A stretch of 64,000 nucleotides of DNA from Pelagibacteraceae bacterium AG-430-F16 (lineage in GTDB: Bacteria > Pseudomonadota > Alphaproteobacteria > Pelagibacterales > Pelagibacteraceae), in NCBI GenBank assembly GCA_003213015.1, contig QCOG01000004.1, positions 13,486 to 77,485 on the forward strand. The letters run 5' to 3'. Each line of letters opens with the position of its first letter. Within the stretch, counting starts at the first letter, position 1. Below, piece by piece: positions 44,762-52,216 of the stretch. The position numbers were made by a program, and so were the translations under genes. The notes under the pieces were generated by a model, which did no database searches, was not told the origin of the DNA, and saw nothing but the letters and a program-made list of their open reading frames with translations.

Positions 44762-45711
44762 ATTTTAATCTTATTCAATGCATTATTTTTAAATATATTT
44801 GCTTCTCTTATATATCTTCTAACCATTTGAGTTGTTTTATGACCTGTCATAGCCATAATACTTCTTTCATCTGCACCAGACTCAGCCGCCACTGTTGCAA
44901 ATCCAGCCCTCAAGCTATGACCTGCAAAGTTTTTATTTTCAATACCTGCCAAATTCAAGTATTTCTTCATTAATAAAACGACTGACTGATCTGTTAATCT
45001 TTTATCCGTTAGTATTGAACCCTTGGAAAATCTTCTGAAAATAGGTCCTGATTTGACTTTTGATATTTCTATCCATTTCTTTAAACTAGATACAGGGCAA
45101 TATATTTCGTTAGTGAAGTAGGGCAGGCCTTTAATCATTCCTTCCCCTAATTGATCTGTTTTAGATTTTTTGATATTGATTTTAAGACCTTCAGGTACAA
45201 ATTCTAAATCCTCATGGTCAATTGAAATCAGCTCAGTTCTTCTAAACCCACCTCCAAATCCCACTAATATGATTGATCTATCTCTTAACTTTTTAATTTC
45301 TTCGACTTTTTGTTTATCTATTACATTAACTATAGATTTTAAATGATTGATTAATATAGGTTTTTTTCCTTTCTGAAAACTTCCTTTAACCCTTTTTATA
45401 CCTAACAGATTTTCAGTGATAATTGGATGTTTTGTATCTAAATAATGACCTTTGAGCTTATGAACCATGCTTATTGATACTAATCTTCTTCTAATCGTGC
45501 TTATTTTAAAATTTTTAGATAGATGAGTAAGATATATAGAAACTATTTTAGGTTCAGTTGGTAAAGAATTAAGTCCATGCTTAGTACAAAAAGCTCCAAA
45601 ATCTTTAAAGTCTGATTTATATGCTCTTAAAGTGTTATTTGCTTTTGAACTTTTTAAGTTATTTAAAGTTGCTTCATGAAGCAATTTGAGATCTGTTGTT
45701 AATTTATTCAT
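44758..45711 (-). CDS. Cre-like tyrosine recombinase, 317 aa, catalytic residues intact
   Basis: NTLRAYKSD, STIRRRL..I, RD.SII..GF.GGFRRTEL, SKTDQ.G.G, GHSLRAGFAT, MTGH, MVRRY; ATG at 45711 preferred over the TTG at 45729. Confidence 0.92.
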   Translation of the reverse strand: MNKLTTDLKLLHEATLNNLKSSKANNTLRAYKSDFKDFGAFCTKHGLNSLPTEPKIVSIYLTHLSKNFKISTIRRRLVSISMVHKLKGHYLDTKHPIITENLLGIKRVKGSFQKGKKPILINHLKSIVNVIDKQKVEEIKKLRDRSIILVGFGGGFRRTELISIDHEDLEFVPEGLKINIKKSKTDQLGEGMIKGLPYFTNEIYCPVSSLKKWIEISKVKSGPIFRRFSKGSILTDKRLTDQSVVLLMKKYLNLAGIENKNFAGHSLRAGFATVAAESGADERSIMAMTGHKTTQMVRRYIREANIFKNNALNKIKI

Positions 45712-45712
45712 A

Positions 45713-45747
45713 ATTACTATTGATAACAATTAATTATCATTAGTAAT
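45713..45747. repeat. 14-7-14 bp inverted repeat ATTACTATTGATAA-CAATTAA-TTATCATTAGTAAT; candidate recombinase site (dif/lox-like) or operator
   Basis: 13 of 14 arm positions pair; begins 2 bp upstream of the recombinase ATG. Confidence 0.85.
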
Positions 45748-45771
45748 AATATAAGTCATTTAAGATGTCAA
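45743..45771 (-). promoter_or_regulatory. Putative promoter of the recombinase, overlapping the palindrome
   Basis: TTGACA (45771-45766)-N17-TATTAC. Confidence 0.5.
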
Positions 45772-45793
45772 GTAAATAAGTTAATTTGTTTTT

Positions 45794-45958
45794 ATGATAA
45801 AATATATAATTTTAGCTTTGGCTGTTATCGGAATAATTTTTTTTGTGCTGTTTAAATTTGAAAAATTGAATAAGCCTGAGAAAAAGAAATCTATATACAT
45901 TTTAATAACAGTATTAATTTTAGTCTTAGCTGGAATTGTCTCATTATTGTACTTTTAG
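45794..45958 (+). CDS. 54-aa protein with two TM helices
   Basis: Manual translation MIKYIILALAVIGIIFFVLFKFEKLNKPEKKKSIYILITVLILVLAGIVSLLYF; below the ORF-track cutoff. Confidence 0.72.
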   Translation: MIKYIILALAVIGIIFFVLFKFEKLNKPEKKKSIYILITVLILVLAGIVSLLYF

Positions 45959-46004
45959 AGTTATTAACGTTATTCACACCTTTCCTGTTTAATCGCTTAA
46001 AAAG

Positions 46005-46013
46005 TGATACATT
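46005..46013 (+). promoter_or_regulatory. Extended -10 promoter TG-A-TACATT
   Basis: TGnTAnnnT consensus; predicted start 46020-46021 coincides with the first helix of the RNA. Confidence 0.6.
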
Positions 46014-46020
46014 CAACCTA

Positions 46021-46228
46021 AGTAGTTTGTTATTATCAAATGAATTAAGGGGCAACCCTTAACTGGCCGACTGGGGAAAGGCCGAGAGGACCAAGCCCAG
46101 GGGGCAGAAAGTCTTACGGAGTAGCGCTAAAATCGTAGGGCGGAAGGCATGGCGGTAGCGCATACAACGACGTGCCAAAACTACTGTTCTTTGCACCGTA
46201 AAAAGTGCAAGGAAACAGGGGTTTTTTT
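46021..46228 (+). ncRNA. Structured GC-rich RNA / riboswitch-like leader of the MGMT gene
   Basis: 58% GC over 46061-46180 (70/120, counted); closing helix, four internal helices with GCAA and GAGA tetraloops, loop-loop complementarity and a terminator. Confidence 0.8.
46184..46228 (+). terminator. Intrinsic terminator ending the structured RNA
   Basis: CTGTTCTTTGCAC-CGTAAAAA-GTGCAAGGAAACAG followed by GGG and T7. Confidence 0.65.
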
Positions 46229-46232
46229 CCAT

Positions 46233-46502
46233 ATGAGAGGCACTAAATTTCAATTACAAGTTTGGAATTATCTTAAAAAGATACCTAGGGGATCTGTAAA
46301 AACATATAAACAAGTAGCTATAGCAATAAATAAACCAAAATCAGCTCGTGCGGTTGCTAATGCCTGTGCTAAGAACCCTTATGCTCCAAATATACCATGT
46401 CATAGGGTTATTAGGTCTGATGGAGGCCTTGGAGGTTATTCTGGAAGAGGTGGGGTTGATCAAAAATTGAAATTGCTGAGGTCAGAAAAGGTTGATATTT
46501 AG
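46233..46502 (+). CDS. ogt: Minimal O6-methylguanine-DNA methyltransferase (89 aa)
   Basis: T.FQ..VW..L..IP.G...TY, ARAVANAC.KNP, PCHRV; the ORF-track start at 46149 lies inside the RNA. Confidence 0.9.
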   Translation: MRGTKFQLQVWNYLKKIPRGSVKTYKQVAIAINKPKSARAVANACAKNPYAPNIPCHRVIRSDGGLGGYSGRGGVDQKLKLLRSEKVDI

Positions 46503-46910
46503 AGCTTTTTTGTCACTCAAAAACCTAGTAAAATCAACGTTTTTTATATATTCAGACTTTAAATTGATGTTAATTGCAGATTCAACGATCAGTTGTACCA
46601 TTCCGAGGGTAATTCTTAAAATTGACCCCTCTATGGCTGTTTAAATAGCATATTCATTATCTGCATTGCTCTAGATTTATGGAACAACAATAATTTTATA
46701 CACCCTTTTTTTTAATTGGTCACAGTCTTTGCGTTGCTATTAATGTCCATTTTAGTTGTTTTTTTATTCTTTTCTTCAATTTAACGGTTTTAAGTAGTAT
46801 TTTAAAAAAAATATTTATTTGGTAGATATTTATAATATGTAATAATAACAATGGTTTACATAAATATATTAAAGTATTATATTAATTTTTAGTAAACTTT
46901 TAGTACCTAT

Positions 46911-47762
46911 TTATTTAAGTTTTTTAACGATGTTCTCTCGTCTTGATATATAAATACCACTAAAAACAATAATAAATAAACCAAGAAAAGTCCACTTATC
47001 TGGGAAATCACTAAAGAAGTAATATCCTATTATAATATTTGTAACTATCTCAAAGTAACTAAATGGAGCTAATTTTGAGGCATCTGCGTGCTTAAGAGAC
47101 AATATAATAAATAAATGACCTATGCATGCAAATATTCCAATACCCGCCATCATCGACCATTGATTTAAGGTAGGTTTAATCCATACGAAAGGCATAACAA
47201 ATGAGATTACTATGGTCCCTACTACACCGGTTAATAATAAAGTTAATAAAGGATTATCAGATGAACTTAGTTTTCGTGTAATTATTAAATAAAAACCATA
47301 CATAACTCCAGTTCCTAAAGCTGCTAAACTTGCTAAGTTTATTTCTACAAATCCTGGTCTAATTACTACCATTGATCCAATAAAACCAATTATTACTGCA
47401 GACCATCTTCTAAAACCAACTTTCTCACCTAAAAAAATTGGAGAAAATGCTGTAACAATTAAAGGGGCAATGAAAGCTAATGTAAGAGCCTTTGCCAAAG
47501 AAATTATTGAAATTGAATAAAAGAAACAAACATTTGCAGTTAATAAAATTAAACCTCTAATAAGTTGTAGTTTAGGTTTATCAGTCCAAACAAGGTTTTT
47601 TCTAAAAAAGAAAAACATTATAGGCAATGTAAATGCTACTGTGAAGAAGTATCGTGCCCACGTAATTTGTAAAACTGGAAGATCAGAACTGAGATATTTA
47701 GCAAAACCATCCATTATGGGGAGCATTACCCACGCTAATAGATTAAAAGTAATAGCTTTCAT
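46911..47762 (-). CDS. DMT/EamA family transporter
   Basis: About 10 TM helices; F.APLIVT, GEKVG.RRW, ASKLAPFSY. Confidence 0.88.
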   Translation of the reverse strand: MKAITFNLLAWVMLPIMDGFAKYLSSDLPVLQITWARYFFTVAFTLPIMFFFFRKNLVWTDKPKLQLIRGLILLTANVCFFYSISIISLAKALTLAFIAPLIVTAFSPIFLGEKVGFRRWSAVIIGFIGSMVVIRPGFVEINLASLAALGTGVMYGFYLIITRKLSSSDNPLLTLLLTGVVGTIVISFVMPFVWIKPTLNQWSMMAGIGIFACIGHLFIILSLKHADASKLAPFSYFEIVTNIIIGYYFFSDFPDKWTFLGLFIIVFSGIYISRRENIVKKLK

Positions 47763-47775
47763 TTGTATATTTAAT

Positions 47776-48672
47776 CTAATTGAAATATTTTAAAGCAAAG
47801 AATACGACAATAGGAATTGTTAAAAACGACATTAAAGTTGATGTCACAATTGTACTTGCAATGCTATCAACAATTTTTTTTGGGGAATACATACTTCCAA
47901 CTAAGTAGTTTAATATAGCACTTGGCATAGCACTTTGTATTAAAAGCACACCTGCAGGAAATCCAGAAAGATCAAAGTAATAAATGACAGCAAAACCTAT
48001 AATTGGGCCAATCACAACCCTTAAAAGAGAAAATATAATTGAATCTCGAAGGGAAAATTTAAATCTTGTTAATGCTATACCTAAAGACATCAATACCAAA
48101 AAAATAGTTGCATAAGTTAAAAGGAAAGTTGTGTTTTCAAGAAACAATGGGGTTTTAATTTCAAAGAATAAAAAAATTACTGAGATTATAATTGCGTATA
48201 CAGGTGGACTTTTAATAAGAATATCAAATGAAAATTTCTTTTTTGCTAAAAAAACACCTAATGTAAAATGGAATAAGATAATAACAGAAGCAACAGCTGA
48301 AGCTATTCCTAAACCTTGAATACCATAGGCAAATAGACAAATCGGAACTCCTATATTACCTGTATTAGGAAGAATTAAGGGTGGTAATTCCATACTTAGA
48401 TCTTTTTTTAGAAGGAAAAGAAATATAAGTCCTATTACTGCAAAACCACTAATCATTAATATAGCGTAAGCGAAATAATGAACAAAAATACTTAGAGTTA
48501 TGCCTGTTGTTGTAACAGTATAAAAAATCATTGCTGGAGTACCAATATTTCCAGCAAAACTTGTTATAAAATTAGTGTCAAATTTTGGATTTTTTTTACC
48601 CAGATAGTAGCCAATACCTATGATAAAAAAAACTGGAAAAATAACTTCAAATATTTTTATGTATATTTCCAT
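47776..48672 (-). CDS. AEC (auxin efflux carrier) family transporter
   Basis: GTPAMIF, PNTGNIG.P, SPP.YA, LIQSAMPSA. Confidence 0.85.
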   Translation of the reverse strand: MEIYIKIFEVIFPVFFIIGIGYYLGKKNPKFDTNFITSFAGNIGTPAMIFYTVTTTGITLSIFVHYFAYAILMISGFAVIGLIFLFLLKKDLSMELPPLILPNTGNIGVPICLFAYGIQGLGIASAVASVIILFHFTLGVFLAKKKFSFDILIKSPPVYAIIISVIFLFFEIKTPLFLENTTFLLTYATIFLVLMSLGIALTRFKFSLRDSIIFSLLRVVIGPIIGFAVIYYFDLSGFPAGVLLIQSAMPSAILNYLVGSMYSPKKIVDSIASTIVTSTLMSFLTIPIVVFFALKYFN

Positions 48673-48674
48673 TA

Positions 48675-49964
48675 CTAAAAAAGCCTTAATAAAACTGGCT
48701 TTTTAAGAACATTTTTGTTTTTTTGTAATGATCTTAAACATTTATCTGAGTTTATTTGTTTTGTTGCATGCGTAATAATAACTATAGAAGCAGTTTTATT
48801 TTTATTGTTCGGAATTTGTATTAGTCTCTGTATAGAAATTTTATTATAAGCTAAATTTTTTGTGATTTGTGATAAAACTCCAGGTTTGTCTTTTACTTCA
48901 AAACGAATATACAAAGAATTTTCATAGTTATTTAGATCATAGCTCTTAATTTTATTTCGTTTTGTATTTGGGATGCCAAAAGGATATTTAATATTTCCTC
49001 TCAAAATTGACATTAAATCTGACATTAGCGCCGATGATGTAGGCTCAGGCCCTGCCCCTTCACCTTGTAAAACACTCTCACCGACTGGTTTTCCCTCTAA
49101 TATTACTGCGTTCATTACACCACCTACATTTCCAATGTATGTATTCTTTTTGACCAAACACGGATGAACTCTTTCAAAAAGCCTATTATTAATGATTTCT
49201 GTGATACCTAATAATTTAATTCTAAGATTTAATTGATCTGCTATTTCAAAATCATTGGGTTCTATATTTTCTATTCCTTCCATTAAAGAAACTGAATTTG
49301 ACAAGCATTTATTAAATGCTAAAGCGGATAGAATTTTAACTTTAGCAAGGGCGTCATATCCGTTTAAATCTAATTTTGGATTACCTGGTTCTGCATAGCC
49401 CAATTTTTGGGCTTTTGTTAGGACATTTTTAAAATTATCTTTTGTTTTTTCCATCTCAGATAATATGTAATTACATGTTCCGTTCAATATTCCATAAACT
49501 TTTGTAATGTGATTGGTTGCAAGACTATCTTTAATTGTTCTAAGGATTGGAATACCACCTCCAACTGATGCTTCAAACTCCAAATTTACTCTTTTACTCT
49601 CAGCAATGGAAGAAAGTTTGTCACCATGTTTTGATATTAAGGCTTTGTTGGGTGTTATAACATGAATTTTCCTATTTAAAGCAAACTCAACACATCTTTT
49701 TGACATTCCATCTGATAATCCAATGCATTCAAACAAAATATCAACTTGTTTATTCTTAAGCATTTTAATCGGATCTTTAAAAAAGATTTTTTTATTTATT
49801 GGGTATCTTCTTTTTTTATTTTTATTTCTAGCTGATAAGCCAACAATTTTTATTTTCTTTCCCGTTAGAAGTTGAATAGTTTTTTGATTTCTTTTAAGTT
49901 CATTATAAAGAAAAATTCCTATTTGTCCTAAACCTACAATTGCTATATTAAACTCTTTTTTCAT
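48675..49964 (-). CDS. hom: Homoserine dehydrogenase with C-terminal ACT domain
   Basis: GLGQIG, T.NKA, FEASVGGGIP, GILNGTCNYIL, GEGAG..PT.SA, DKPGVL. Confidence 0.95.
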   Translation of the reverse strand: MKKEFNIAIVGLGQIGIFLYNELKRNQKTIQLLTGKKIKIVGLSARNKNKKRRYPINKKIFFKDPIKMLKNKQVDILFECIGLSDGMSKRCVEFALNRKIHVITPNKALISKHGDKLSSIAESKRVNLEFEASVGGGIPILRTIKDSLATNHITKVYGILNGTCNYILSEMEKTKDNFKNVLTKAQKLGYAEPGNPKLDLNGYDALAKVKILSALAFNKCLSNSVSLMEGIENIEPNDFEIADQLNLRIKLLGITEIINNRLFERVHPCLVKKNTYIGNVGGVMNAVILEGKPVGESVLQGEGAGPEPTSSALMSDLMSILRGNIKYPFGIPNTKRNKIKSYDLNNYENSLYIRFEVKDKPGVLSQITKNLAYNKISIQRLIQIPNNKNKTASIVIITHATKQINSDKCLRSLQKNKNVLKKPVLLRLF

Positions 49965-50122
49965 TAGTCTATATTTGGGTAATCTTTAATATTTCCACTA
50001 TTTTCAATCAAAACTCTAAACTCTTCAAAAGTCATTTTTTTGTTAATGTCGATAACCTCTGTCTTAAGGTTCTGTTTACTACATGAAATTAGAAAAATGA
50101 ATATTATTAAAAAGTATCTCAT
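49964..50122 (-). CDS. 52-aa lipoprotein
   Basis: Manual translation MRYFLIIFIFLISCSKQNLKTEVIDINKKMTFEEFRVLIENSGNIKDYPNID; lipobox LISC; coupled to argC (ATGA) and hom (TAATG). Confidence 0.8.
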   Translation of the reverse strand: MRYFLIIFIFLISCSKQNLKTEVIDINKKMTFEEFRVLIENSGNIKDYPNID

Positions 50123-51135
50123 TTTAAACCTTCGTTTAATTTAAATTTAAAGATAAGATTTAAATTTTGAACAGCTTGTCCTGCTCCACCTTTTATCAAA
50201 TTGTCTATGCTGCTAAGAATAATTAATTTTTTCTTATCTTTAGATTTACAAACTGATATCTGACAATTATTTGTGTTAATAACATCATTTGTGCTTATAG
50301 CTTTATTCTTCAATATTTTTATAAATTTATGATTCATATAGAATCTTCTTAATTCATTGTATATCTTATTCAAATTTGCTTTGCTTTTATAATTTAAATA
50401 AATAGTTGATAAAATCCCTCGGAACATAGGTAGTATATGAGGAGTAAAAGTAAATTCTATGTTCTTTTTAATATAGCTCAATTCCTGCTGAATTTCTGCA
50501 TTATGTCTATGAGATTCTATTCCATAAGCGCTTGTTGAACCATATAGATTTTTATTCTTGAATTTCTTATGAACGCCACGACCAGCTCCAGAAAAACCTG
50601 ATTTTGAATCAATAATAATATTCTTGAAATCAATTAAATTTTTTTTTATTAAAGGAAATAACGGTAAAAGTATAGATGTAGGGTAACAGCCTGGACAAGC
50701 AATAATTTTTGCTTTTGATAAATTTTTCTTATTGATTTCAGATAAACCATAAACACTTTTCTTTAGATTATCTAAAGATATATGTTTAATGCCATAGTAT
50801 TTGTCATATATTTTTGCATTTTTTAATCTAAAGTCAGCTGATAGATCAATCATGATATTGTTTTTTAATAGTTTGTTCGCAATTTTTTGAGACTCACCAT
50901 TAGGCAAGGATGTAAATATAACATCCACATCTTTAAATAGTTTATAATTAATCTTGATTATCTTTGGTAACTTATATTTTTTTAAATTTTTATCATAATA
51001 AGAAATATTTTTACCAACAGATGTATTGCCACAAAGATATTTTATTTTAACATTTTTGTGTTTACATAGGAGTTTTACCAACTGAGTTCCAATATAACCC
51101 GTTGAGCCCGCAATTAATACATTAAGTTTGTCCAT
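50119..51135 (-). CDS. argC: N-acetyl-gamma-glutamyl-phosphate reductase
   Basis: GSTGYIG, DLSADFRL, PGCYPT, DSKSGFSGAG, DNLIKGGAGQAVQN. Confidence 0.96.
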   Translation of the reverse strand: MDKLNVLIAGSTGYIGTQLVKLLCKHKNVKIKYLCGNTSVGKNISYYDKNLKKYKLPKIIKINYKLFKDVDVIFTSLPNGESQKIANKLLKNNIMIDLSADFRLKNAKIYDKYYGIKHISLDNLKKSVYGLSEINKKNLSKAKIIACPGCYPTSILLPLFPLIKKNLIDFKNIIIDSKSGFSGAGRGVHKKFKNKNLYGSTSAYGIESHRHNAEIQQELSYIKKNIEFTFTPHILPMFRGILSTIYLNYKSKANLNKIYNELRRFYMNHKFIKILKNKAISTNDVINTNNCQISVCKSKDKKKLIILSSIDNLIKGGAGQAVQNLNLIFKFKLNEGLK

Positions 51136-51168
51136 AAATTATTATAACAGTTGATTGTTAAAAAGTAA

Positions 51169-51591
51169 TTATCTTTTAGAAAACTGAAAGCTTCTTCTTG
51201 CTTTTCTATGACCGTATTTTTTACGCTCAACAGAACGAGAATCTCTCGTGGTAAGTTTTTCTTTTTTTAAAGGAGCTTTAAATGAAGCATCGAACAATAA
51301 TAAAGCTTTAGAAATACCATGTATCATGGCTCCTACTTGCCCACTATGTCCGCCACCCTTCACAGAACATCTCACATCATAAGAAGTTGATTGTTCAATT
51401 AGCTCAAATGGACGTAATAACTGACTCACATGATTAGATCTTTTGAAATATTCATCATATTTTTTGCCATTTACAAAAATATTACCACTACCCTTTTTAA
51501 GCCAAACTTTAGCAATTGACTTTTTTCTTCTTCCAGTGGCATATTTACCTTCTGTGAAATTACCAATACTTTGTATATTTTCTGTGGCCAT
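51169..51591 (-). CDS. rpsI: 30S ribosomal protein S9
   Basis: TGRRK, GGGHSGQ, ERKKYG..KAR...QFSKR. Confidence 0.97.
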   Translation of the reverse strand: MATENIQSIGNFTEGKYATGRRKKSIAKVWLKKGSGNIFVNGKKYDEYFKRSNHVSQLLRPFELIEQSTSYDVRCSVKGGGHSGQVGAMIHGISKALLLFDASFKAPLKKEKLTTRDSRSVERKKYGHRKARRSFQFSKR

Positions 51592-51593
51592 AA

Positions 51594-52052
51594 TTAATTT
51601 CTGACAATATTTTTGTTGTTTAATTTTGAAACATCAATTAATACCGGGTTTTGTGACACATGCGGGTGCTTTTCACCAACATAAACTTTAAGTTTTGATA
51701 ATTGTTTTTTTCCTAAAGGTCCACCAGGTAACATTCTTTTAACAGCCAACTTTAAAACTTCCTCTGGCTTTTTTTGATGCAATTTCTCAGGTGTTGTTAC
51801 TTTAATACCGCCTGGGTAACCAGTATGTCGATAATACTTTTTATTTTCAAATTTATTTCCAGTAAATTTTATGTGTTCAATATTTTTTACCACCACAAAG
51901 TCACCGTGATCCATATGTGGTGAAAATTTAGGGCTATTCTTACCTCTTATTATTTTTGTTATAATAGTCGCTAATCTACCTACTACAGCATTTTTTGCAT
52001 CAATTTCGTACCACTTACAGTTTATTTCACTTTTTTTAACGAATTTAGTCAT
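51594..52052 (-). CDS. rplM: 50S ribosomal protein L13
   Basis: WYEIDA, GRLA, Y.RHTGYPGG, GMLP-like RMLP, HPH. Confidence 0.97.
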   Translation of the reverse strand: MTKFVKKSEINCKWYEIDAKNAVVGRLATIITKIIRGKNSPKFSPHMDHGDFVVVKNIEHIKFTGNKFENKKYYRHTGYPGGIKVTTPEKLHQKKPEEVLKLAVKRMLPGGPLGKKQLSKLKVYVGEKHPHVSQNPVLIDVSKLNNKNIVRN

Positions 52053-52062
52053 GTTTGCGGGG

Positions 52063-52091
52063 ATTAATACTTAGAAATAGCCTATTGTCAA
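52063..52091 (-). promoter_or_regulatory. Putative promoter of rplM-rpsI-argC, giving a very short leader
   Basis: TTGACA (52091-52086)-N16-TATTAAT, 10 bp before the ATG. Confidence 0.5.
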
Positions 52092-52216
52092 ATTATTATA
52101 TTTATCTTGTTTTTTCTAATTATCTTATGATAGCCTTAAAAAATATATGAAAGTAGTACATAATTCACAATTTCTACTAATCAAAAAACATAAATCATCA
52201 ACGAAGGGAGAAAAAA

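Noticed and set aside
38643-45790. tRNA-Glu-anchored integrative island or prophage ending at the recombinase
   Set aside because: No repeat of the tRNA 3' end (GGGACCGCCA or T-arm) near the recombinase, no phage, conjugation or excisionase genes, and no obvious compositional shift.
46021-46228. GC-rich RNA as RNase P RNA, tmRNA, SRP RNA, 6S RNA or a known riboswitch
   Set aside because: Too short for RNase P RNA and lacks GAGGAAAGUCC; no T-loop or CCA; no SRP GGAAGG/CAG domain; multibranched rather than a 6S rod; I could not match SAM, TPP, FMN, glycine, cobalamin or c-di-GMP consensus. An Rfam search is still needed.
52053-52216. SAM-II/SAM-V riboswitch upstream of metY
   Set aside because: Expected for SAR11 sulfur genes, but the conserved AUUUGAACUGU / UUGC..AAAGC elements are not present; only a weak AGTAG..CTACT hairpin.
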